Positions 51,801 through 64,000 of a stretch of 64,000 nucleotides of DNA are shown in pieces. Positions within the stretch are counted from its first letter, which is position 1. Each line of letters starts with the position of its first letter. Position numbers and translations under genes: made by a program. The notes beneath the pieces were generated by a model. It saw nothing but the letters and a program-made list of their open reading frames with translations. It was not told the origin of the DNA and made no database searches. The stretch lies in contig MCFE01000303.1 in the NCBI GenBank assembly GCA_002104905.1, positions 35,328 to 99,327 on the forward strand. Reading direction: 5' to 3'. The DNA is from Basidiobolus meristosporus CBS 931.73 (lineage: Eukaryota; Fungi; Basidiobolomycota).

Positions 51801-54232
51801 ATTATTACCTTCAGTGGGCACACTTTTAACATGGCCTTTTTTGGATGTAGCCACACTTGTTGCACTGAACATCAAAGTAAGCTACTTTCCCACCATTCTT
51901 CTGCTGCCATCAGCAGTGGGGTTTAGTTGAGAACCAGACAACTTTGCTTTAATTTTTGGAGGCATATATATGGAAGTGAGTCAAATCAGTGGGTAAATGG
52001 TGTTACATATTCATCTGTATCTGGTGCCACAACTGTATTTATAATGCTTACTATGGTGGGTCATCATTGAGTCTTACATTGATGTAGGTGCAATATCTCC
52101 AATATAAGACTGTCTCAAACTCACATGAGTAGTGATAAAAAAGTGATATAATAGTGTTGTGTTGTCAAGTGTCAAGCTGTTTGCCCCATGGACAAGACTG
52201 CTTTAATTCAATGCCATAAGACAAGAGAAAAAAGACCATGTGGCTATTATGATAAGCCTCGCAGCCATGAAGCACACAGACAACATGGGATGCATTGCAA
52301 GGATCATAGCCAGTGTTTTGCCACACAAGTCATATTTGACCATTCATCAGTCACTATTTGCCACTACCACATTGTTGGCCACTTGAGATTTCCACAATGG
52401 CACCTGGCCACACTTGTCACCTTGTGCAACTGAGTCATATGAGCTTGCAACACCTTTAAGCTCACCTCAGCCTTGTGAATATGGCATGCAGAATGATAGC
52501 TCTGAAGAAGAAGGCTCATGGATGGACTGTGAGCCAATCTCTCCTGACTGCAGTAGGAAATAATGCAAAGGATACTTTATGGAGCCAAGTGAGCCCAGTA
52601 ATCCATCTACTTGGGCATGATGTGGTATGGAGGCTACAGAAGTGACATATATCTACTAATATCCATAATGGGGGCTTTGAGAATTTACCTTTACTTCTAG
52701 CCAAAATTTGCAGGGTTACAACTCACCATGCACATGACACATATGAGCAACTGTCATGCAGCTGGCAACATATGACACAGAGACTGTGCTGATACCAGCA
52801 TGTGTTAACTGTTGCATGGCACTCACATCAGAAAATGCCACCATTGCAAGGTGTCCAACATGCCAGGAATACTCTACCATTGGAAGAAATTATTGTTCAT
52901 GCTCCAGATATATTCCGGCAATACCCTGTCTAAAGAAGCTAATGCTGTCAAACAAATACTGTGAGGCTTTAGAGTGCCACACTATGTATTGATCAGGCAT
53001 AAACATTTGCAATATAATTGATGGCTAACATTACAAAATACTAAGAAGCAAGTGCTACTTTGAAGGTATGTACAAGCATGCCTTTGCCCTTTAAAATACT
53101 GAAGAAATTTGAAATAACTCGCCAGATGTTGCAGAGTATCTGCTACACAAGGTATTGCTCATGGGTTTTAATCAATGTTCATATGCATATGCAACAATAT
53201 AAACTCAAGAACTGGATACACTGCATATATATTTACTCAAGTGGCCTTCTGAGGTCATTTCTGCCATGAGTTAATGGGAATCATTGGGAGTCATATGTTG
53301 ACATTGTGGAATATTTATCTGGATGCAGATCACCAATACTTAATTGGTGTATTTATAGCTTTTATGCTCAAAGTTTGAGATGGGATATGAGCTGCTACAC
53401 TATAAGCATAAAGCTGAATGTGTAGATCTCTGCCACTATTGTATCCATTCTATACTCCATCTTAATTGGTTTGTTGTGTGGGGGAGATAGGGAGACAAGT
53501 GAAGTTTTAGGTAATACTATATCCCAATCTCATCAACAACTCTACCTTCAAATCTGACATGGATGTAATGAGTGGAACATGGAGGACAGCCAGGAAGAGT
53601 TGGAAAATACTGAGGACAGATGTGTATATGAAGACACCTATGCCTATGGTATTAAGATGCCAAGCAGTCCCAATGCATGAATAATGAGCCAAGCAATGCA
53701 AAGTTGGGATGGGTGCAACAATCCACTAACTTTTATTAGGAATGCTCTACCAAGATATGCTGTATATCTCTTGGTCACAAGCCAATTTCTACACCATTCA
53801 ATACAGAACTCACACAAGCAAGAGCCAGAGCACACCTATAAGGGGGATTAGAATCCAGCAGGGAAAAGGAATATATTGGCTCAATACCAGATATTTCTTG
53901 AGGTACTCATGGTAAAGGTGGCAGCAGCCTAGTATATGTTTGTAACCTGAATATGATGCCACCAATGCAAGGTATATGGCAACTTTGCAAGTGTACTCTA
54001 AAAGTTGTAAAGTGGAGGTGATGGAAATGCATCAATTGCAGCAGGCCTGCACATATGTGGAGGTTAGTAAGCAGGAGGCCATAGTTATTTTGATTTAAAC
54101 TACATGGGGAATATGCATGGTAGTAGTGGTTAAACAAATAATGAGGGGTGATTCTATAGTTGTAATATGAATAGCACCAAGGGAGGTAGAAAAAGAAACC
54201 AGCAATTGGTAAATTAGTATGGTAGCAATATA
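48895..54232. mobile_element. Two partial, degenerate CACTA-like units in tandem
   Basis: ORF2 remnants 49190-50090 and 51690-51965 (minus); transposase remnants 50295-51590 and 52188-53500 (plus); 53530-54232 matches 25830-26170. Confidence 0.75.
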
Positions 54233-54443
54233 CCCTATAAAAAATTATTGAGATGATCCCATCAAAAGCTTGTCACAAAGTTAAAGTCCCCTGACTAAGA
54301 GGTACTGATCCTGTCAGGACCGTTGAAAAATAATTGCACCCCAGATTTCACAAAAAACTTAGTCAAAATTTTTCATCACAACAATGTATTTGTGGCTTTT
54401 GGTTGGTTCCCTGCTGATTTGCTCACTTTCTGATCCTGGATAC

Positions 54444-57400
54444 TGTTGAAACATTGGACTATTTGGTATCATTCAGCAGCTAAAAATTTACTTAACAATT
54501 CTAGGCTAGTCTTAGTTGCTGTAGGACTCATTTACTGCCATTACTTTTCCACTTTCTCCAGATATATAATCTTATGATTATTCCCCTATAGTCAGGATCA
54601 AATTAGCACTATTACCAAATATTATGTACTAACCCTGAAACTGTTTCAGAATGCTCCTGAATATTGAGAAACCCTCCCTACTTAGTGTTGCAGCTGTATT
54701 ACTTCTACAATGGTATAAATACTGAGCTTCCTTATGAATAAACCACAGTTCAACTATTATCACTATTTCTTGATAAGTTCCTTATATCCAAATCACTTCT
54801 TAAATTGCAACAGGTTATGAGCCCCAATTGCCTTAATCTATTCTCAAGATGACTTCTACCAGCAAACAAAGCAATACCAACATCTTCCCTGTAAAGGAGA
54901 GGTTTGATGGGAAGAACTACAGACTTTGGAGAATCAAGATGCAGATCAACCTTGAGGAAAGAAAGCTTTGGAACATAGTAACAGGAAAGGAAGTTGAGCC
55001 CAAAGGAACAGCAGAAGATGTGGAGAAGTTTCAAGAGAAGGAGAGAAAGGCCTTCAGTGCAATATGCATCAACGTGCAAGACTCCTTCATTTGGACAAAT
55101 CCATGCCTCAAATATTGCCAAAGCAGCATGGGAATCCTTAGAGAAGATCTTTAGAGCAAAGTCAGTATCAAGCAAGCTTTATTTGAGACAAAAGTTCTTC
55201 AACATGAGAAAAAAGCCAGATGATGACATGCTACAACTCATTACCAGAATGGAGACACTTGCAGAAGAACTTTACAGTATTAATGCTGGTGTAGATGATG
55301 AAAAAAAGATACTCTGTCTGCTTTGCAGCCTACCAGACAAGTATGAGCCACTCATACTTTCTTTTGAAAGCAGAGAAGACAACTCGACTTTAGACTATGT
55401 CAAAGGAAGACTTCTCCATGAAGAACTCAGACGTAATTGTGAAGCAGAGAAAATTGAAGATAATGCTTTAATCAGTTCAGAAAGGCATACAGAAAAGAAG
55501 GGAAAGCAACAAAACCAAAGAAAACCTGGCTGCTGTAGCTACTGTAAGAAGCCAGGACACTGGGCAAGAGAATGCAAAAAGAAACAAGCAGACGAAAACA
55601 GAAACTAGAGCAGGCAAACCATATAACTACTGATGAACAGTTATTTGTCACTGTACAAGAGAGTGCAAGTAACCAAAGTAGTGAATGGTATATTGACTCT
55701 GGAGCATCACAGCATATTTGTGGTATAAAGGATTGGTTCAGCAACTTAAAGACTATTCCCGTAAGAAAGGTTTATCTGGGAGATATCTCTGCATTGGAAG
55801 CTACCGCCAGTGGGTCTATACAGCTAAATATGAGTGACAACTCAGGAGCAACAACAGCAAAACTGACTGACATACTCTATGTACCTGGAATAGCTAAGAG
55901 CCTACCCTCAGTCAGTAAAGCAACTATTCAGGGACTGAAATTTGTATTTACTAAGCTGAGCTGCTCAATATTGAGTGAAAATGGACAAAAATTAGCTTTG
56001 GGAATCAGAGATCACAATATATACAAGTTACAATGCAAGATCATTGTACCTGAGTATGTCAACATTGCTGAAACCGATGAAACCAACTGGGAGACGTGGC
56101 ATAGGAGGCTAGGACACATAGGGGAACAGAAAATGAGCCAATTGGTGAAAAATCAGCTTGTTTTGGGCCTAAAATACTCAATTCCAATCAAATTGAATGT
56201 TTGTAAAGGATGTTCATATGGCAAACAAGCTAGGCAACGTTTCAAGAGCTCAGAAGGCATCAATACCACCAAAATATTGGCTATTGTACACTTAGACATA
56301 TGTGGCCCCATGAGAATACTGTCCTTTGGAGCCAAGAGATACTTTATGACATTTATTGATGACAAGACAAGATATACATGGGTGTACTTCCTCAAAATAA
56401 AGGATGAAGCTTTAGAGACGTTTAAGCACTTCAAGAACATGGCAGAAACACAAACTGGGTGTAAATTGAAGGTACTACAAAGTGACAATGGAGGAGAATA
56501 CTGCTCAAAGGAGCTTGCAAAATACTGCTTGTCTACTGGTATACTTCAACAGACCACAGTTCCTCATACTCCACAGCAAAATGGAGTAGCAGAACGTGCA
56601 AATAGAACAATAGTAGAGATGGGAAGATCTATGCTACATGATAAGGGAATGGACTATAAGTTTTGGGCTGAATCTGTTGCTACCGCTGTATACATCAAGA
56701 ACAGATGCCCAACAACAGCACTACGTGATTCTACACCCTTTGAAGCATATACAGGCAAAAAACCAGATCTCCAGCACCTCAGGATCTTTGGCAGTGATGT
56801 TTTTTATCACATCCCTGACAAAAAACGCTCAAAGTTGGAACCAAAGAGTAGAAAAGGGATCTTTCTTGGGTATTGTGAAGATACTAAAGGGTATAGAGTG
56901 TATGATGGCAAAATCCAGAAGCTGATCAAGAGCAGGGACGTTGTATTTAAGGAGAATTCAGATCAGAAAGCCACAGAAATCATTGGCCAGCTGCCTGATG
57001 ATGCAATCAACACAAATGAAAAAGATACAATCCAAATTGAGCCAGAGATGGAAGATACTTCTACCAGTTCCAGATCAGAACATATTATCCCAGTTAGGAG
57101 ATCTACCAGAATAAGAAATGCCCCTGGATCCTGGTGGCAGACATCCAATGATCATGAAGAAGCTTATCTTGCCTTATGTGCCAAACCTCAGAATCTGGAA
57201 CAGGCAATGCAAGGTCCAGATGCTACTAAGTGGCAACAAGCCATGCAGGAGGAGTACCAATCACTGATCAAGGCAAAAACGTGGGAACTGGTAGATTTAC
57301 CAAATGGGAGAAAGCCAATAGGATGCAGATGGGTCTACAAGATCAAGATTACCTCAAATGGTGCCGTTGATAAGTACAAGTCTAGATTGGTAGCTAAAGG

Positions 57401-58688
57401 CTATTCCCAGATCCAGGGACTAGACTTTAAGCAAACATTTGCTCCGGTTGCCAAGTTTAACTCTATTAGGACAGTTCTAGCCCTGGCAGCTGTACAGAGT
57501 CTAGATCTACACCAAATGGACATCAATACAGCCTTTCTAAATGGGGATTTGCAAGAAACAATATATATATGGAGCAACCAGAAGGTTTTACCAATCCAAA
57601 AACCCCCCATAAGGTGTGCAAACTTAGAAAATCATTGTATGGGCTTAAGCAGGCACCCAGAGCATGGTATAACAAGATTGACACATATCTAGAGGAAATT
57701 GGGTTCTCTTGTAGCACTGCAGATCACAGTATATATTTGAAACAACTCAAAAAGGGTGTGATCATCCTAGTTCTTTATGTGGATGACCTAATTATAGCTA
57801 CAAGTGATCAAGAGGCACTTAAACAGACGAAATCGGATCTCTTCAACCCCTATGGACAATAACCTGAAATTAAGCAAATCTCAGCCAGTTATAGATGAAA
57901 ACAGCTCAAATATGGACCAAAACTTTCCCTATCAATCAATAGTTGGTAGCCTAATGTACTTGATGGTGTCTACACGTCCAGATATTGCAGTAGCAGTTGG
58001 AATAGTCAGTCAACTCATGCAGAATTATGGATCAGATCAAATTGCAGCAGTTAAGCGGATTTTCAGATATCTACAAGGTACCATAAATATGGTACTGGAA
58101 TACTCTGGAGCAGCTAATAGGCGAGAATTTGATGGTTATAGTGATTCAGATTGGGGTAGGGATCTGATTGACAGATGCTCTACCACAGGCTATGTATTTC
58201 TTTATGCTGGTGCAGCTATTACTTGGAATTGTAAGAAACAACCAACTGTGGCACTATTTACAACTGAAGCCAAATATATGGCGGCATGTCAGGCAACTAA
58301 GGAGGCTATATGGCTATGAAAATTATTCAAAGACTTAGGTTTTAATTCAGGTGAACCAACATGTATTTACAAGGATAATCAAAGTTGTATTTCATTAGCT
58401 AGAAATCCTACTAATCATGCCAGAACTAAGCACATTGATATAGAGCATCACTTTGTGAGGGAAGCTGTAGAAAATTACTTAGTGGAGCTGGTTTACTGCC
58501 CAACTGACAAAATGGTGGCAGACATATTGACAAAACCACTAGCTAGGCCACAGTTTGAGATCCTTAGAGAGAAATTGGGATTAAGAAATTATTTAGTTGT
58601 GGAGGAGTGTTGAAATATTGGACTATTTGGTATCATTCAGCAGCTAAAAATTTACTCAACAATTCTAGGCTAGTCTTAGTCACTGTAG
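54444..58688 (+). mobile_element. Ty1/Copia retrotransposon Copia-1 (degenerate, 3' LTR truncated)
   Basis: 5' LTR 54444-54812, PBS GGTTATGAGCCC 54813-54824, 3' LTR only 58608-58688; INT precedes RT. Confidence 0.95.
54849..58607 (+). pseudogene. Copia-1 gag-pol pseudogene
   Basis: Frameshifts near 55090, 55595 and 57568, a 155-bp deletion at 57844 relative to Copia-2, and CGA->TGA at 58317. Confidence 0.92.
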
Positions 58689-59390
58689 TCTTACTTTTCA
58701 TGAGTACAAATTGACTTATTTCCGTTGAAACTTCAGTTATACCTCACTTGCCAATAGTATTGACCTATACAAGTCCCTATACCCTACACTATCATTAAGC
58801 CCAACCCCACACTCAACAAGTAACTCCATCAAAATCTACCACTCAATAAATATTTCTGCTCTGACATTCTGATTACACAACTTTAGTGGGAGCCCAACAA
58901 CTTTATGCTACTGTTCATTCACTGGTTCCCACACATCCTGTTCTTCAGCCAGCACCGCAATGTCTAGCACCTCAGCTGCCAGTCTTTGCAATAAATCCTT
59001 GCAATATTCCAGTGAGTTTTCTGTTGAAATATTGGACTATTTGGTATCATTCAGCAGCTAAAAATTTACTTAACAATTCTAGGCTAGTCTTAGTCACTGT
59101 AGGACTCATTTACTGCCTTTACTTCGCCACTTTCTCCAGATATATGATCTCATGATTATTCCCCTATAGTCAGGATCAAATTAGCACTATTACCAAACAT
59201 TATGTACTAACCCTGAAACTGTTACAGAATGCTCCTGAATATTGAGAAACCCTCCCTACTTAGTGTTGCAGCTGTATTACTTCTACAAAGGTATAAATAC
59301 TGAGCTTCTTTATGAATAAACAACAGTTCAACTATTATCACTATTTCTTGATAAGTTCCTTATATCCAAATCACTTCTTAAATTGCAACA

Positions 59391-59402
59391 GGTTATGAGC
59401 CC
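59391..59402 (+). promoter_or_regulatory. Half-tRNA-iMet primer binding site (Ty5/copia type)
   Basis: GGTTATGAGCCC directly after the LTR, complementary to GGGCUCAUAACC in the anticodon arm of yeast-type initiator tRNA. Confidence 0.8.
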
Positions 59403-59426
59403 CGATTGCCTTAACCTATTCTAAAG

Positions 59427-62400
59427 ATGACTTCTACCAGCAAACAAAGCAATACCAACATCTTCCCTGTAAAGGAGAGGTTTGATGGGAAGAACTACAG
59501 ACTTTGGAGAATCAAGATGCAGATCCACCTTGAGGAAAGAAAGCTTTGGAATATAGTAACAGGAAAGGAAGTTGAGCCCAAAGGAACAGCAGAAGATGTG
59601 GAGAAGTTTCAAGAGAAGGAGAGAAAGGCCTTCAATGCAATATGCATCAATGTGCAAGACTCCTTCATTGGACAAATCCATGCCTCAAATACTGCCAAAG
59701 CAGCATGGGAATCCTTGGAGAAGATCTTTAGAGCAAAGTCAGTATCAAGCAAGCTTTATTTGAAACGAAAGTTCTTCAACATGAGAAAAAGCCAGATGAT
59801 GACATGCTACAACTCATTACCAGAATGGAGACACTTGCAGAAGAACTTTACAGTATTAATGCTGGTGTAGATGATGAAGAAAAGATACTCTGTCTGCTTT
59901 GCAGCCTACCAGACGAGTATGAGCCACTCATACTTTCTTTTGAAAGCAGAGAAGACAACTTGACTTTAGACTATGTCAAAGGAAGACTTCTCCATGAAGA
60001 ACTCAGACGTAATGACCAAGCAGAGAAAATTGAAGATAATGCTTTATTCAGTTCAGAAAGGCATACAGAAAAGAAGGGAAAGCAACAAAACCGAAGAAAA
60101 CCTGGCTGCTGTAACTACTGTAAGAAGCCAGGACACTGGGCAAGAGAATGCAAGAAGAAACAAGCAGACGAAAAACAGAAACTAGAGCAGGCAAACCATA
60201 TAACTACTGATGAACAGCTATTTGTCACTGTACAAGAGAGTGCAAGTAACCGAAGTAATGAATGGTATATTGACTCTGGAGCATCACAGCATATTTGTGG
60301 TATAAAGGATTGGTTCAGCAACTTAAAGACTATTCCCGTAAGAAAGGTTTATCTGGGAGATAACTCTGCATTGGAAGCTACCGCCAGTGGGTCCATACAA
60401 CTAAATATGAGTGATAACTCAGGGGCAACAACAGCAAAACTGACTGACGTACTCTATGTACCTGGAATAGCTAAGAACCTACTCTCAGTCAGTAAAGCAA
60501 CTACTCAGGGACTGAAATTCGTTTTTACTAAGCTGAGCTGCTCAATATTGAGTGAAAATGGACAAAAATTAGCTTCGGGAATCAGAGATCACAATATATA
60601 CAAGTTACAATGCAAGATCATTGTACCTGAGTATGTCAACATTGCTGAAACCGATGAAACCAACTGGGAGACGTGGCATAGGAGGCTAGGACACATAGGG
60701 GAACAGAAAATGAGCCAATTGGTGAAAAATCAGCTTGTTTTGGGCCTAAAATACTCAATTCCGATCAAATTGAATGTTTGTAAAGGATGTTCATATGGCA
60801 AACAAGCTAGGCAACGTTTCAAGAGCTCAGAAGGCATCAATACCACCGAAATATTGGCTATTGTACACTCAGACATATGTGGCCCCATGAGAACACTGTC
60901 CTTTGGAGCCAAGAGATACTTTATGACGTTTATTGATGACAAGACAAGATATACATGGGTGTACTTCCTCAAAACAAAGGATGAAGCTTTAGAGACGTTT
61001 AAGCACTTCAAGAACATGGCAGAAACACAAACTGGGTGTAAATTGAAGGTACTACGAAGTGACAATGGAGGAGAATACTGCTCAAAGGAGTTTGCAAAAT
61101 ACTGCTTGTCTACTGGTATACTTCAACAGACCACAGTTCCTCATACTCCACAGCAAAATGGAGTAGCAGAACGTGCAAACAGAACAATAGTAGAGATGGG
61201 AAGATCTATGCTACATGATAAGGGAATGGACTACAAGTTTTGGGCTGAATCTGTTGCTACCGCTGTATACATCAAGAACAGATGCCCAACAACAGCACTA
61301 CGTGATTCTACACCCTTTGAAGCATATACAGGCAAAAAACCAGATCTCCAGCACCTCAGGATCTTTGGCAGTGATGTTTTTTATCACATCCCTGACAAAA
61401 AACGCTCAAAGTTGGAACCAAAGAGTAGAAAAGGGATCTTTCTTGGGTATTGTGAAGGTACTAAAGGGTATAGAGTGTATGATGGCGAAATTCAGAAGCT
61501 GATCAAGAGCAGGGACGTTGTATTTGAGGAGAATTCAGATCAGAAAGCCACAGAAATCATTGGCCAGCTGCCTGATGATGCAATCAACACAAATGAAGAA
61601 GATACGTACCAAATCCAGCCAGAGATGGAAGATACTTCTACCAGTTCCAGATCAGAACAGATTATCCCAGTTAGGAGATCTACCAGAATAAGAAATGCCC
61701 CTGGATCCTGGTGGCAGACATCCAATGATCATGAAGAAGCTTATCTTGCCTTATGTGCCGAACCTCAGAATCTGGAACAGGCAATGCAAGGTCCAGATGC
61801 TACTAAGTGGCAACAAGCCATGCAGGAGGAGTACCAATCACTGATCAAGGCAAAAACGTGGGAACTGGTAGATTTACCAAATGGGAGAAAGCCAATAGGA
61901 TGTAGATGGGTCTATAAGATCAAGATAACCTCAAATGGTGCCGTTGATAAGTACAAGGCTAGATTGGTAGCTAAAGGCTATTCCCAGATCCAGGGACTAG
62001 ACTTTAAGGAAACATTTGCTCCGGTTGCCAAGTTTAACTCTATTAGGACAGTTCTAGCCCTGGCAGCTGTACACAGTCTAGATCTACACCAAATGGACGT
62101 CAAAACAGCCTTTCTAAATGGGGATTTGCAAGAAACTATATATATGGAGCAACCAGAAGGTTTTACCGATCCAAAAAGCCCCCATAAGGTGTGCAAACTT
62201 AGAAAATCGTTGTATGGGCTTAAGCAGGCACCCAGAGCATGGTATAACAAGATTGACACATATCTAGAGGAAATTGGGTTCTCTCGTAGCACTGCAGATC
62301 ACAGTATATATGTGAAACAGCTCAAAAAGGGTGTGATCATCCTAGTTCTTTATGTGGACGACCTAATTATAGCTACAAGTGATCAAGAGGCACTTAAACA

Positions 62401-63343
62401 GACGAAATCAGATCTCTTCAGCAAGTTTGAGATGAAAGATCTTGGAAAATTGAGCTATTTTCTTGGAATTGAGGTCAAATTTGACATACCTACGCAGAAA
62501 ATTGTGCTGAATCAGTCTAAGTACATCAGGGACATTCTTAGACGCTTCAAAATGGAAAATTGCAAACCTGCAGCAACCCCTATGGACAATAACCTGAAAT
62601 TAAGCAAATCTCAGCCAGTTATGGATGAAAACGGCTCAAATATGGACCAAAACTTTCCCTATCAATCAATGGTCGGTAGCCTAATGTACTTGATGGTGTC
62701 TACACGTCCAGATATTGCAGTAGCAGTTGGAATAGTCAGTCAATTCATGCAGAATTATGGATCAGATCAAATTGCAGCAGTTAAGCGGATTTTCAGATAT
62801 CTACAAGGTACCATAAATATGGTACTGGAATACTCTGGAGCAGCTAATAGGCAAAAATTTGATGGTTATAGTGATTCAGATTGGGGTAGAGATCTGATTG
62901 ACAGACGCTCTACCACAGGCTATGTATTTCTTTATGCTGGTGCAGCTATTACTTGGAATTGCAAGAAACAACCAACTGTGGCACTATCTACAACTGAAGC
63001 CGAATATATGGCTGCATGTCAAGCAACTAAGGAGGCTATATGGCTACGAAAATTATTCAAAGACTTAGGTTTTAATTCAGGTGAACCAACATGTATTTAC
63101 AAGGATAATCAAAGTTGTATTTCATTAGCTAGAAATCCTACTAATCATGCCAGAACTAAGCACATTGATATACAGCATCACTTTGTGAGGGAAGCTGTAG
63201 AAAATAACTTAGTAGAGCTGGTTTACTGCCCAACTGACAAAATGGTGGCAGACATATTGACAAAACCACTAGCTAGGCCACAGTTTGAGATCCTTAGAGA
63301 GAAATTGGGATTAAGAAATTATTTAGTTGAGGGGGAGTGTTGA
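59427..63343 (+). CDS. Copia-2 gag-pol polyprotein with a single frameshift
   Basis: ORFs 59427..59870 and 59804..63343; knuckle CNYCKKPGHWAREC, PR YIDSGA, GAG-pre-integrase WHRRLGH, integrase SDNGGE, RT YVDD, RH YSDSDW. The A-run at 59786-59790 is one base shorter than in Copia-1. Confidence 0.93.
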
Positions 63344-64000
63344 AATATTGGACTATTTGGTATCATTCAGCAGCTAAAAATTTACTTAACAATTCTAGGC
63401 TAGTCTTAGTCACTGTAGGACTCATTTACTGCCTTTACTTCGCCACTTTCTCCAGATATATGATCTTATGATTATTCCCCTATAGTCAGGATCAAATTAG
63501 CACTATTACCAAACATTATGTACTAACCCTGAAACTGTTACAGAATGCTCCTGAATATTGAGAAACCCTCCCTACTTAGTGTTGCAGCTGTATTACTTCT
63601 ACAAAGGTATAAATACTGAGCTTCTTTATGAATAAACAACAGTTCAACTATTATCACTATTTCTTGATAAGTTCCTTATATCCAAATCACTTCTTAAATT
63701 GCAACATTTCTTGACCACTACTCCTGAAGTAGATGCTGCAACCTCTTGGTGCTGCCATGATTAATGTTCCAAATACTCTACTGAAGGCATTGTGATATAG
63801 ACTTTAGCTCTTGACATTGTAGCCTTGTCTATCAGGTGAGGATCTCCACTCATGCTCAACAATGCAGATATGGAGGCTGTGGTAGATGCAATTACCTTTT
63901 TCGCTAAACTCATCTACCTTGCTGGAGTGTAGCTCAACAGGCTTTACTTCCAACTCTTGTGAAAATGGCTGTTTTCTTGTTGGTAATTCTACTTATCTAT

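Larger units (their letters stand above)
59022..63706 (+). mobile_element. Ty1/Copia retrotransposon Copia-2 (very young, full length)
   Basis: 369-bp LTRs 59022-59390 and 63338-63706 with one difference found; PBS 59391-59402; PPT GAGGGGGAG 63329-63337; TSD TTTC. Confidence 0.97.
54233..64000. mobile_element. CACTA-like unit (copy Y), left end, extending beyond the window; hosts both Copia elements
   Basis: Starts CCCTATAAAAAATTATT; 54233-54443 matches 8813-9036, 58689-59021 matches 9117-9445, 63711-64000 matches 20385-20660. Confidence 0.75.

Noticed and set aside
1-64000. Prokaryotic origin or contamination, tRNA/rRNA genes, CRISPR arrays
   Set aside because: GH8 and the IS5-like transposase are embedded among eukaryotic genes and LTR retrotransposons, and no RNA-gene or repeat-spacer structure was recognised.

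Overview
Eukaryotic, most likely fungal, genomic DNA. The assignment rests on a spliceosomal intron, TATA/polyA-type signals, a yeast-type tRNA-iMet anticodon-arm primer site and a chromodomain Ty3/Gypsy; the species cannot be named from sequence alone. The first ~7.2 kb is CpG-rich and genic: an orphan secreted protein, an intronless GH8 glycoside hydrolase without signal peptide, a small hydrophilic ORF and a two-exon membrane-protein gene. From ~7.3 kb to the end is a deeply nested transposon block. It holds (i) a CACTA/EnSpm-like DNA transposon family with CCCTA...TAGGG ends and two head-to-head genes, (ii) an IS5/ISL2-like (PIF/Harbinger lineage) DNA transposon family with AGACTTGTTCC ends, a divergent partner ORF and MITE derivatives including a 734-bp fold-back, (iii) three Ty3/Gypsy families, one young with an unexplained extra ORF, (iv) two Ty1/Copia copies, and (v) a 1068-bp solo-LTR family inserted twice into GCGG. 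Copy-to-copy comparison shows strong C->T hypermutation at CpG, biased to TpCpG, which creates TGA stops and Asp->Asn changes at catalytic sites. All counts are manual and approximate; no database searches were run.
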